Under the pieces are notes generated by a model that worked only from the letters and a program-made list of their open reading frames with translations, did not search any database and was not told the DNA's origin. The translations under genes were made by a program, and so were the position numbers. Positions 1 through 8,550 of a stretch of 64,000 bases of DNA are shown here, piece after piece. The stretch is from Thermoprotei archaeon (GTDB taxonomy: Archaea > Thermoproteota > Thermoprotei > QMSL01 > B3-G16). Position 1 is the stretch's first letter; every line of letters begins with the position of its first letter. The stretch is taken from assembly GCA_021162845.1 (NCBI GenBank), contig JAGGXX010000054.1:4537-68536 (forward strand), in the 5' to 3' direction.

Positions 1-659
1 TCATTTAGCTCGAGGGGGGTTCCATTTATGGTGAGCTCTACGAGGGAGGCTCTAAGGAACCGACAGCTCTCGACGTTTCGTTCACCCCTGACTATCAATT
101 CAGCTAAGGTACTACAGTCATAGCCGCACTTACCGCAGTTAAGACCGGGGAGCAGGAATGCTCTTTCCTTTATTATCGAGGCAAGTACTTCTGGTTCAGT
201 TAGTGAATCCACGACCTTAAGTCCATATCTGGCTTCCACTTCCCTCCGTAGGGTGTCTTGCGTTGCTATTGGGCCTGTTATGGCTATCTCAAGTCCGCTC
301 AGGAGGGACGGAATTTCCTCTAAACGCTTGACACATAAGACGCGAGGGCATACACGCTCCTTCTTAAAACCCTCTATTAGGACGAAGTCGGCCTTAGGTA
401 TCATCCGTAAAACGTCTGTTAATGAGTCGGGGTTATCCACGATGAGTGTTGTATGCCGTTTCCCTACTGCTATTACATAATGCGCTACGCTTTTCTGCTT
501 ATATGTGTCAGTACCCTTGAAGTCTAAATCGTGTTCAGGCATATGCTTAACTGTCGCGATGACATAACCTTGTTCCCTCAAAACCTTAGCTACGTTAACT
601 ATGGCGCTCGTCTTACCGCTTCCCTTAAAGCCGACAAAGCTTACGGCTCGTAACATCAT
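1..659 (-). CDS. mobB: MobB-like molybdopterin-guanine dinucleotide biosynthesis protein B (P-loop) with Cys-rich C-terminal extension; 3' end runs off the window start
   Basis: Reverse-strand translation from ATGATG at 659..654 gives MMLRAVSFVGFKGSGKTSAIVNVAKVLREQGYVIATVKHMPEH..., with a Walker A GFKGSGKTS typical of MobB. Downstream it reads ...NCGKCGYDCSTLAELIVRGERNVESCRF (CxxCxxxC...C). There is no in-frame stop before position 1, so the CDS is partial. It is absent from the ORF track because it is incomplete. Confidence 0.6.
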   Translation of the reverse strand, partial: MMLRAVSFVGFKGSGKTSAIVNVAKVLREQGYVIATVKHMPEHDLDFKGTDTYKQKSVAHYVIAVGKRHTTLIVDNPDSLTDVLRMIPKADFVLIEGFKKERVCPRVLCVKRLEEIPSLLSGLEIAITGPIATQDTLRREVEARYGLKVVDSLTEPEVLASIIKERAFLLPGLNCGKCGYDCSTLAELIVRGERNVESCRFLRASLVELTINGTPLELN

Positions 660-752
660 ATGCACCAAGCGTTTTGTTTAGACTCTTGCTTTTTAATTAA
701 AAATAAGACAATGCACATAAATATTGGAGGCTTAGAATCGGGGAGGATAGCC

Positions 753-1661
753 ATGTTTCTCCCTGCTAAGGAACAGAAGATCTTCAATATAGGGAACGTT
801 AAGGTTGGAGGAAGGCCAGGCGAATTACCCACTGTGTTGTGTGGGAGTATATTCTACCACAAGCACAAAATAGTCGAGGATCCCGTGAGGGGCATATTCG
901 ACAAAAGGGAGGCTGAAAGACTGATAAACCAACAGGATGAGTGGAGCGATAGAACGGGTAATCCCTGTATGGTCGATGTGGTAGGTGAGACGCATCGGGC
1001 GCTCATTAGGTATCTGGATTTCGTCTCTGGGGTAACAGATGCACCTATGCTTTTGAATGGGCCTACGCCTGAGGTTAGAATGCGTGCGGCTGAGTTTGTA
1101 GTTGAAGTCGGGCTGCTCGAGAGAGTAGTGTATACCTCGATAAACTATACCGTGAGGCCTGAGGAGCTAGAGTTCATAAAGGAAAAGGGCATAAGGGCCG
1201 TTATAATCCAGACGTTCAATCCCAGGAATCCCATGCCCTCTGGCTCCCTTTCCATATTACGGGAAGGAAAGCTGTTGGAGCTGACATTGAAACATGGAGT
1301 CACGAAGCCCCTACTTCTGCCCCCAGTACTGGATGTGCCCAGCATAGGGCTGGCATCGGAGGCCATACGCCTTCTAAAGGATGGGCTTGGATTGCCTGTA
1401 GGCGTAGCTCCATGTGGTGTCATAGGACAGTGGGCGAAGGGAAGGGGTAAGACCTTAAGGGATATCTGCACGGCAGGCGTTCTTGGGCTCGTACAATCAG
1501 CTGGAGCGGATTTCATAATCTATGGCGCTATAAGGAAGGCCCCTTCGGTATTCCCCGTATGTGCTGTAATGGATGCCATAATAACATATACCTCTAGGAT
1601 GCACGGCGTTAAGCCCTTAGTGAAGGATCATCCGCTCTACAAATATCTCAGCCGCCATTAG
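753..1661 (+). CDS. mtrH: MtrH-family (tetrahydromethanopterin S-methyltransferase subunit H-like) pterin-binding methyltransferase
   Basis: From the ATG at 753 the N-terminus reads MFLPAKEQKIFNIGNVKVGGRPGELPTVLCGSIFYHKHKIVEDPVRGIFDKREAE. This closely matches the canonical MtrH N-terminus (MFKFDKxQxVFExAGVKxGGQPGEYPTVL...IFYxxHKIV). A GGGGAGG SD-like motif sits just upstream. The longer track ORF (660) would overlap the mobB start. Confidence 0.65.
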   Translation: MFLPAKEQKIFNIGNVKVGGRPGELPTVLCGSIFYHKHKIVEDPVRGIFDKREAERLINQQDEWSDRTGNPCMVDVVGETHRALIRYLDFVSGVTDAPMLLNGPTPEVRMRAAEFVVEVGLLERVVYTSINYTVRPEELEFIKEKGIRAVIIQTFNPRNPMPSGSLSILREGKLLELTLKHGVTKPLLLPPVLDVPSIGLASEAIRLLKDGLGLPVGVAPCGVIGQWAKGRGKTLRDICTAGVLGLVQSAGADFIIYGAIRKAPSVFPVCAVMDAIITYTSRMHGVKPLVKDHPLYKYLSRH

Positions 1662-2047
1662 CCCTGTGAGGCGATGCGCTTGCGCGCCTGTTCATAATAG
1701 GCTATGGGCAAATGCACATAAACCCATTTCACGGGTTTCATGAACTCACTTATGCGTATGCCACCGCTTCCGGTAAGCGACTGTTTTATCTCGATACGTG
1801 CATCACGGTATTCCAGGCCTACCCTACCTCCGGATCCTTTCTCCATGAAGAGGGCTCTGAGGGTTTCCTGGACTTTAGGATCGTCAGGCGATATGCCTAT
1901 CCTCTTCAGAACGTCTGTTATGGTTATAGTTACTATGACTGATGGATGTTGTACTATGAACTTAGATGCGTTAAAGGAGTTTACATAATCGAGGGCCATT
2001 CTATAGGCCATTTCGAGGAAGGAATCTAAGAGCGATGGCATACACAT
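1658..2047 (-). CDS. hypothetical protein, stop overlaps the mtrH-like stop (convergent)
   Basis: 129-aa ORF with no motif I can recognise. It shares a 4-nt overlap with the end of the MtrH-like gene. Confidence 0.3.
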   Translation of the reverse strand: MCMPSLLDSFLEMAYRMALDYVNSFNASKFIVQHPSVIVTITITDVLKRIGISPDDPKVQETLRALFMEKGSGGRVGLEYRDARIEIKQSLTGSGGIRISEFMKPVKWVYVHLPIAYYEQARKRIASQG

Positions 2048-2110
2048 CGCACCGAGCTTGATTTTACTAGCGGGATGACTTAAGCTTATGTTTATTCTAG
2101 ACCAAAGCGG

Positions 2111-3310
2111 TCATGTCATTTTACCATTCTTGTTCCTTACTTGGAACATAGCCAATATTGCATCTTCGGCCTCCGAGTAGCAACGTATGAGGAGCGTATC
2201 GCCTCGGAGTAACATCATCCTCTGACTGGGGCGTATTATCCACTTTTCACCCCGCTTAACGGCTAATACGGACGCGCCCAGCTTCTTAAGACCAAGATCC
2301 TCTATCGTTTTCCCATCTAAGCTTTCGGTGACATCGATATCAAGCAAGCGTTCATTGGATTCCCTCATGACCATGGATAGCACGGGATGTGGTCTTATAT
2401 CCCTAAGTATTATTTCGGCCATCTCATTAGCCGCATCGGCTATGTTCTCGGTAGCCACTGCTATTCTGATGAGCTTGAGCATATCATCAAGGCTAAGCTC
2501 CTTGGTTGATATCACCTCACGCTCATAGTTGATATAAAGCTCATCGACATAGTTCTCTAGGCTCACTATCCTCTCGGCGATTCTCCTGCTATTCGTAATT
2601 AACGCTGAACATGCTAGATCCACCATGAGATCCGAGACATCCCTCAGCTCTCGAAGGCCCTTTACGATCCTCTCGTATTTGGAAGGCAGTTCTGCAGGCT
2701 GTGCTTCTTTAAGCATATCTAGGGCTTGTCGTCTCAACGAGGTAATAGCCTCTAAGCTTCCGCGGACAAGGAGGACGTCATCTACCCCGAGCCGAAAGCC
2801 CAGATCGGGTTCTAGTATCCACCTCTCCCCTCTTCTTATAGCAAAGACATCGAAGATATAGCCTAGCAGGTCATAGACTTCCTCCAAGGTATGATTAGCT
2901 AGCGGGGAACCTTCTCTCACCTTAACCCTGCTTATCAATTCCTCGGATTTAGTCAACATTCGTCCGACTAAAAGTAACGGTTTGGAGGTCACGACTACCG
3001 ATGCTATGTCCGCGGCTGCATCAGATATCTTATCTATCGCTGAGGCCATCCTGAATACGCTTAACATGCTTTCAGCGTCTTCAGCGGTTCGTGTCGCGAG
3101 GGAGGCGTGCATCACGAGTTGGAGGTTTAGGTAATCGACCCTTTCCTCTAGCCTCATTACCTCCTTCGCTAACTTTACGTCTCCGTAAATGACGGAACAG
3201 TACGCCGAATAAACCATTAACTCGGATAGATTTTTCATCTCAATTAGGATGTTCCTTACCTGTAATGGCTCGTATTTAACCTTAAACTTATGCATTACAT
3301 ACCTCCCCAA
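2111..3310 (-). CDS. cytosolic regulatory protein with two TrkA-C (RCK_C)-like domains, probable partner of the adjacent MgtE-type transporter
   Basis: Two repeated segments each end in a TrkA-C-like motif (...RGERWILEPDLGFRLGVDDVLLVRGSLEAI and ...KRGEKWIIRPSQRMMLLRGDTLLIRCYSEAEDAI). The gene sits immediately downstream of, and on the same strand as, the membrane transporter gene. Confidence 0.45.
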   Translation of the reverse strand: MGRYVMHKFKVKYEPLQVRNILIEMKNLSELMVYSAYCSVIYGDVKLAKEVMRLEERVDYLNLQLVMHASLATRTAEDAESMLSVFRMASAIDKISDAAADIASVVVTSKPLLLVGRMLTKSEELISRVKVREGSPLANHTLEEVYDLLGYIFDVFAIRRGERWILEPDLGFRLGVDDVLLVRGSLEAITSLRRQALDMLKEAQPAELPSKYERIVKGLRELRDVSDLMVDLACSALITNSRRIAERIVSLENYVDELYINYEREVISTKELSLDDMLKLIRIAVATENIADAANEMAEIILRDIRPHPVLSMVMRESNERLLDIDVTESLDGKTIEDLGLKKLGASVLAVKRGEKWIIRPSQRMMLLRGDTLLIRCYSEAEDAILAMFQVRNKNGKMT

Positions 3311-3375
3311 GAGGGAGAGGAGGAAACTAGCAACTGCGCCTTTCAGCCAAGGATTAGCGATCCTAATTATTAAAC

Positions 3376-4617
3376 TTAACTACCGAAGGTAAAGACTAAA
3401 AGGGCTAACACGCTGGTCATCATTACGTCCGCCGTACAAGCTTCAAGTGGGTTCACGAAGTTATCGGGGTTTAGACCCCGCTTGAAGGCGAGTATGGCAA
3501 TTACAAAGGCAAAGCATATTATTAGGGGAACGACCGTGAGGCCTGAGAGCAAGGGTGACAATATCAATGTCCTGTTGAAGCTTGCCGAGTATATTGCTGC
3601 TATAAAGCTTAATGCGAGGTAAAAGGGTAACGTGGAGAGCACTATTAAGGAGAACTCCTTAACAAGGGACCTAATTGAGCTTATCGTGGGTAGGAGGCTA
3701 CCTAGGGCTAGCTTAGTGGTAGTCCTTGAACCAGCGATGGAACCCATATCGCCAGCTGAATCTATGAGGGCAGGATATATCACCATTAACCCCGGGTAGA
3801 CCTCCAGCCTATATCTGATGCTGTTCAGTGCGAACCCCGCGATGCCCTCTATCGGCATTAAGATCAAAAGGGAGAGCCAGAGCTCCTTTATGATATCCCT
3901 GAAGGAGGAAGAATTCCTATAAAGCCTGAGAAAGAGAAAGAAGGAGATGGATAAGAGGAAGAGGAATAGGGCCATGAGTAGGATTTCACCGACATGAGGT
4001 ATGCCCAGGAAGGATAAGCTCAACACATAGCAAGCTGTAACCAGTATGTCGGCAAGTGTGGACATGACGGGATATAGTATGATATCGGGATCTAAACCCC
4101 GTTTAAAGGCCTGCACGGCTATAGATGACGTGATGAATATAGACATCATCGAGGAAAAACCCATCGTAACGATCACAGTAGGTATAGAAGCCACGGAAAG
4201 GGGTATAGGTATCCCCGATAAGAGGGAAAGGGAGAACGTGAGGAGGCCTAAGATTAAACCCATGAGAGTGGAGAGGACGAAGGCCGATGAGAGGAGTTCG
4301 TAAAAGTATGCTGTATTTCGCCTTATCCGCGGGAGGACGGAACCTACATGAAGGGAAGTACTCAGCCTACCACACAGCATACCATTGATGGCACCTCTGA
4401 CGCTGAGTATGGCTGGGTAGGCCAATAAGCTCCACGGGGCTAACCTAGTGAATAAGGTGAGGTTCGAAGCGATAGCACCTGCGATAAGGCCGAACATGTC
4501 CAGAAATAGTGCTAGGAGGACCTGCTTGACCATAAAGAAGTTAGATCTGTCTACAATAGATGTTGCCCCATAGGCGATCACGTCTTTTAGGTGGTTTCCA
4601 TGACACCCAATAAGCAT
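3376..4617 (-). CDS. MgtE-family divalent cation transporter, membrane domain only, internally duplicated
   Basis: Polytopic membrane protein. Two copies of the MgtE TM-domain signature are present (FKRGLDPDIILYPVMSTLADILVTACYVLSL and FKRGLNPDNFVNPLEACTADVMMTSVLALLVF). No N-terminal MgtE_N/CBS region. Confidence 0.5.
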   Translation of the reverse strand: MLIGCHGNHLKDVIAYGATSIVDRSNFFMVKQVLLALFLDMFGLIAGAIASNLTLFTRLAPWSLLAYPAILSVRGAINGMLCGRLSTSLHVGSVLPRIRRNTAYFYELLSSAFVLSTLMGLILGLLTFSLSLLSGIPIPLSVASIPTVIVTMGFSSMMSIFITSSIAVQAFKRGLDPDIILYPVMSTLADILVTACYVLSLSFLGIPHVGEILLMALFLFLLSISFFLFLRLYRNSSSFRDIIKELWLSLLILMPIEGIAGFALNSIRYRLEVYPGLMVIYPALIDSAGDMGSIAGSRTTTKLALGSLLPTISSIRSLVKEFSLIVLSTLPFYLALSFIAAIYSASFNRTLILSPLLSGLTVVPLIICFAFVIAILAFKRGLNPDNFVNPLEACTADVMMTSVLALLVFTFGS

Positions 4618-4799
4618 CTTTGACGTATTTAAAAATTCTCTTAAGGCAGAAGCGTAAGATTTTTCAAGTCATGAAGCCCAGATCTAAACGTACCGACGAG
4701 ATGAGGGGAAGAGGGTCTCCTGAGACGTTAGGTGATGAGACCCGGCAAGACCTCAGTTCTTAAGGTTAGACGAGAAGGCAAGGACCAGCATATGACGAC

Positions 4800-6635
4800 T
4801 TAATCATCTTGCTTCACCCTTACCCGAAGGCTAGGCGTTATTAGGGCCTCGCCCATCTGGGTCATGTATAGTTTGTAGTATGTTCCTTTTCTCGCCATTA
4901 GTTCCTCATGAGTACCCTCCTCAACAACCCTACCACCCTCCAAAACAACAATCCTATCCGCGATGCGGGCCATGGATAACCTATGGGCTATGATTATCGT
5001 GGTCCGTCCAGCCATGAGCTGAGAAAGGGCTCGCTCGATCAGGATCTCAGTATAGGGATCGACGCTGTACATCGCCTCATCAAGTATCAGTATCGGCGGA
5101 TCACGGATCATGCAGCGGGCGATGGATATAAGCTGTTTCTGACCTGTGGAAAGGCCGATGCCTTGCTCGCCTACTTGCGTCTCGTAACCATTAGGTAGGC
5201 GGGATATGAACTCGTGTATTCCGAGCTTCCTGCATACCTCTTCGACTTCTTCGTCTGTTGCATCAGGCCTTCCGATCCTTATATTCTCCCTCACAGTTCC
5301 CGGGAACAGGAATGTTTCTTGGGGGACGAAGCCTATCTGCCTACGGAGGGATCTCTGGGTTATCTTACGTATATCAAGCCCATCTAGGAGTATCCTGCCC
5401 CTAGTGACGTCATAGAAACGCGCTATGAGGCTTACTAGTGTGGTCTTACCAGCTCCTGTAGGGCCTACTATCGCTATCCGCTCACCTGGCCTTATGTGAA
5501 GGCATACATCCCTTAGTACCGGTTGACCTGGTTCGTACTCGAAGTACACGTGATCGAGCACTATCTCACCGCGTGCTCTAGATACCTCTATAGCTCCTGG
5601 CGCGTCCTTTATCTCAGGCTCAACATCTAGTAGGTAGAATACCCTGCTAGCAGCGGCTAAGGCCCCCTGTAGTGAATCATAAAAGCCCATTAAGGTCATT
5701 ATGGGCCTGAAGAAGAAGTTCACGTAGGAAGTGAATGCGACTAATACACCTATCGTAACTCCACCTACGGAGGCTAGATATCCACCGTACCATAGGACTA
5801 TGGTGGATCCCAGGGAGAAGACTATGGGTAATAGGAAGAAGAATATCGTGACCACTTTAACAGCCCGCATGCTGGCTTCAAACGTCTCATGGCTTACCTT
5901 TTGAAAAGCCCTGACGGCGTCTTCTTCCCTTGTATATGCTTGTATCACCCTGACACCAGACACTATCTCCTGAACCCTAGTACTTACATCGGAGATCTTT
6001 TGCCTTACCTGAAGATAGGCCCTCTTAAGGGGACCCCCGAATATGTACGCGATGAGAACTAATAGCGGGATCACAGAGAGAGTGACCAGGGTTAACTGGA
6101 CGCTCATGGCAAACATGGCTGCTATCACTCCTACGAGCGTAAGCGTATCACCTAATAGGGAGAGAAAGCCCCAGACGAACGTGTCTCGAAGGGTGCTAAC
6201 GTCGTTCACTATCCTGGAGATTATGTCGCCAGCTCTCGTCTTACTGAAGAAGGACGTGGATAGATCCTGTATGTGGTTAAATACCTTTTCCCTTAACTTG
6301 TAGACGAATTTATTGCCTATTAGGCCTACTAGATAAGACCTACCCACCATCGTAGCCCATCCTATGACGACTAGCCCCAGATATAGGGCGAATATCCCTA
6401 AGAGTCCATGTAGGTTCCCTTTGACGACGTAATCGTCTATGGCGCTTTTGAGCACTATCGGGCTAGCTAAGTTGGTGAGAGTATTCACTATTACTAGGAC
6501 TACCAGCACCAACATATGTAGCTTAAAAGGTGCTAAAAAGCCGAAGAGCCTCTTTACAACTAGGCGCGTGGGTATCTTAAGCTCAGATGCTTTGCCTTCA
6601 AGAGGTGAGGGGGATGGATGATGATGGGGCCTCAT
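4800..6635 (-). CDS. ABC exporter, fused permease/ATPase subunit (type I exporter, MsbA-like); consensus-like NBD
   Basis: Six-TM N-terminal region, then an NBD with Walker A GPTGAGKTT, signature LSTGQKQ, Walker B ILILDEA and H-loop IIIAHRLS. Confidence 0.8.
   Translation of the reverse strand: MRPHHHPSPSPLEGKASELKIPTRLVVKRLFGFLAPFKLHMLVLVVLVIVNTLTNLASPIVLKSAIDDYVVKGNLHGLLGIFALYLGLVVIGWATMVGRSYLVGLIGNKFVYKLREKVFNHIQDLSTSFFSKTRAGDIISRIVNDVSTLRDTFVWGFLSLLGDTLTLVGVIAAMFAMSVQLTLVTLSVIPLLVLIAYIFGGPLKRAYLQVRQKISDVSTRVQEIVSGVRVIQAYTREEDAVRAFQKVSHETFEASMRAVKVVTIFFFLLPIVFSLGSTIVLWYGGYLASVGGVTIGVLVAFTSYVNFFFRPIMTLMGFYDSLQGALAAASRVFYLLDVEPEIKDAPGAIEVSRARGEIVLDHVYFEYEPGQPVLRDVCLHIRPGERIAIVGPTGAGKTTLVSLIARFYDVTRGRILLDGLDIRKITQRSLRRQIGFVPQETFLFPGTVRENIRIGRPDATDEEVEEVCRKLGIHEFISRLPNGYETQVGEQGIGLSTGQKQLISIARCMIRDPPILILDEAMYSVDPYTEILIERALSQLMAGRTTIIIAHRLSMARIADRIVVLEGGRVVEEGTHEELMARKGTYYKLYMTQMGEALITPSLRVRVKQDD
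4865..4958. repeat. 94-bp segment identical to 6692..6785 (3' coding ends of the two ABC paralogs)
   Basis: Base-by-base comparison by eye: tgtatagtttgtagtatgttccttttctcgccattagttcctcatgagtaccctcctcaacaaccctaccaccctccaaaacaacaatcctatc is identical in both copies. It encodes the same 31-32 aa (DRIVVLEGGRVVEEGTHEELMARKGTYYKLY) in both proteins. Confidence 0.85.
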
Positions 6636-6641
6636 TTCTCA

Positions 6642-8444
6642 TCACTCCCGAGCTATAGCCATAAGTGCCTCTTGTGGCTCGAACAAGCTCTTGTATAGTT
6701 TGTAGTATGTTCCTTTTCTCGCCATTAGTTCCTCATGAGTACCCTCCTCAACAACCCTACCACCCTCCAAAACAACAATCCTATCTGCTGTCTTGATGAG
6801 AGGAAGTCTCTGTGTTATTATTATCGTGGTCCTGCCCTCCATCAATTTCTTAAGATCCTCCACGATCTCTCTTTCCGTTTCCGCGTCTAAATTCGAGGTA
6901 GGGTCATCAAGTATCAGTATCTTGGGGTCAGCAAGCACGGCCCTAGCTATGTCCACCCTTTGTCTCTGTCCCCCAGAGAGGGTTACGCCTCGTTCTCCTA
7001 CGAGCGTGTCATAGCCCTTAGGTAAAGATACTATGAAGTCGTGAAGTCGCGCCATCTTAGCAGCGCGTATTATTTCCTCCATGGAGGCATCAGGCTTGCT
7101 GAGGGCTATGTTCTCCTTTATCGTTCCAGCGAAGATGAACGGCTCCTGCGATACTATCGCTATCTGCCTCCTAAGGGATTTCAGTTTTACGTCGCGTACA
7201 TCGTATCCGTCTATTAGTATCCTCCCCTTGGTGACATCATAGAAGCGTGGTATCAGGCGTATAAGCGTGCTTTTGCCTGAACCGGTTAGTCCTACGATAG
7301 CTACTCGCTCGCCGGGCTTTATCTCTAAGTTTATATCCTTCAGTACGAGGTGCTCCTTATCATAGCCAAAGGACACGTCTTCGAATTTTATGTAGCCCTT
7401 GATGGGGGGTAGTTCTATAGCATCGGGCTTCTCCTTTACTTCAGGGACTGCAGTGAGTATTTCAAATATGCGTTGTGCAGCAGTCATGGCCCTTTGGAAT
7501 GTAGTTATGAACATCGCTAGGCCTCGAGTCGGCCACATTAACATGCCTAAGTAGCTTATGAATGCCATTAACCCGCCTATGGTAAAGGATCCAGCTATCA
7601 CGTATATGGCTCCGACGTATAATACGACTGCCGTACTAGCGCCTATGATGAGCATGCTAAGGGGACCGTAAATCGCATCAACCCTAACGGCTTTAAGCGC
7701 TAGACTCAGGAATTCATCATTCGCCTTCTTGAATTTCTTGCGTTCATAATCTTCTATTCCAAGGGCTTTGACAGTCCTTATCCCCGTTACGTTCTGTTCG
7801 ATGACCGAGGTCAACACGCCTATTTGATGCCTTAACATGAGATATAGTGGGCGTATGACCGAGCCATATCTATAATAAGTAAGGAATATGAGCGGTAGGG
7901 CGGGAAGCGCTACTAGCGAAAGTTTAACGTTCATTCTCAACATCATGTTCAATGCGAGGACTATCAGCATTATGGATCTTACGGTATTAGTGAAGGGTCT
8001 TAGGAGGAAGCGCGCAAGGACTTCCGTATCATTCGAAATCCTGGATATGAGCTGACCTGTGGACATTCGATCGAAGAAGGCGAAGGATTGCCGTTGTAGT
8101 GCCTTAAAGCTATCCACCTGAAGATTATAGACCAGTTTTCGGGAAAAGTAGCCCCCAGCATACCTCTGGAGCGCCATGAAAACCCCTGAAGCCAGCGAAA
8201 TGCCTAGGAGTAACAATGAGAGAGGGGTTATCAGTTCGTAGTGACGCCCTATGATGGCACGATCTATAATGTCCTTCCCTATGGCGGGTGTTAACACTTG
8301 AAGCTGTGATGAGATTATTACACACACTAACATTAAAGCCAAGCTCATCCAATTACGAGCGACATATGGCATGAGCTTTAGGAATATCCTGAGGCTTTCC
8401 CTCAGAGGAAGGATCTTAACGGGTTTCTCATTCACACTTAGCAC
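6642..8444 (-). CDS. ABC exporter, fused permease/ATPase subunit, partner with degenerate NBD (heterodimeric exporter)
   Basis: Walker A GLTGSGKST, signature LSGGQRQ. Walker B reads ILILDDP, so the catalytic Glu is replaced by Asp. The H-loop reads IIITQRL, so His is replaced by Gln. The start is 7 nt downstream of the first ABC gene. Confidence 0.8.
   Translation of the reverse strand: MLSVNEKPVKILPLRESLRIFLKLMPYVARNWMSLALMLVCVIISSQLQVLTPAIGKDIIDRAIIGRHYELITPLSLLLLGISLASGVFMALQRYAGGYFSRKLVYNLQVDSFKALQRQSFAFFDRMSTGQLISRISNDTEVLARFLLRPFTNTVRSIMLIVLALNMMLRMNVKLSLVALPALPLIFLTYYRYGSVIRPLYLMLRHQIGVLTSVIEQNVTGIRTVKALGIEDYERKKFKKANDEFLSLALKAVRVDAIYGPLSMLIIGASTAVVLYVGAIYVIAGSFTIGGLMAFISYLGMLMWPTRGLAMFITTFQRAMTAAQRIFEILTAVPEVKEKPDAIELPPIKGYIKFEDVSFGYDKEHLVLKDINLEIKPGERVAIVGLTGSGKSTLIRLIPRFYDVTKGRILIDGYDVRDVKLKSLRRQIAIVSQEPFIFAGTIKENIALSKPDASMEEIIRAAKMARLHDFIVSLPKGYDTLVGERGVTLSGGQRQRVDIARAVLADPKILILDDPTSNLDAETEREIVEDLKKLMEGRTTIIITQRLPLIKTADRIVVLEGGRVVEEGTHEELMARKGTYYKLYKSLFEPQEALMAIARE
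6692..6785. repeat. second copy of the 94-bp identical segment (see 4865..4958)
   Basis: Same as above. Confidence 0.85.
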
Positions 8445-8550
8445 CTTTTAATGAACGATTCAGAGAAGAAGTAGTGATAGAAGAGCTATATTAATGTTAC
8501 GCATATATCAAAAATACCTAAAAAACAAAGATACCTATTTCCAGGAATTC

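Noticed and set aside
253-480. 75-aa plus-strand ORF from the track
   Set aside because: It lies antisense inside the MobB-like minus-strand gene. It has low-complexity, basic composition and no motif. It is most likely a shadow ORF.
1145-1516. 123-aa minus-strand ORF inside the MtrH-like gene
   Set aside because: It is antisense to a gene with a strong family signature, and its Pro/Ser/Gly-rich translation is typical of shadow frames. The same reasoning applies to the many other track ORFs nested antisense in long genes (for example 4046..4303, 4983..5198, 6043..6303, 8125..8352, 9041..9253, 9377..9736, 11869..12175, 12811..13224, 14208..14441, 16511..17017, 17507..18301, 20806..21072, 24435..24765, 29715..30245, 31381..32772, 35866..36989, 39219..39449, 41375..41800, 49932..50696, 53518..54201, 56355..56594, 57034..57273, 58581..58841, 60529..62215 and 63067..63948).
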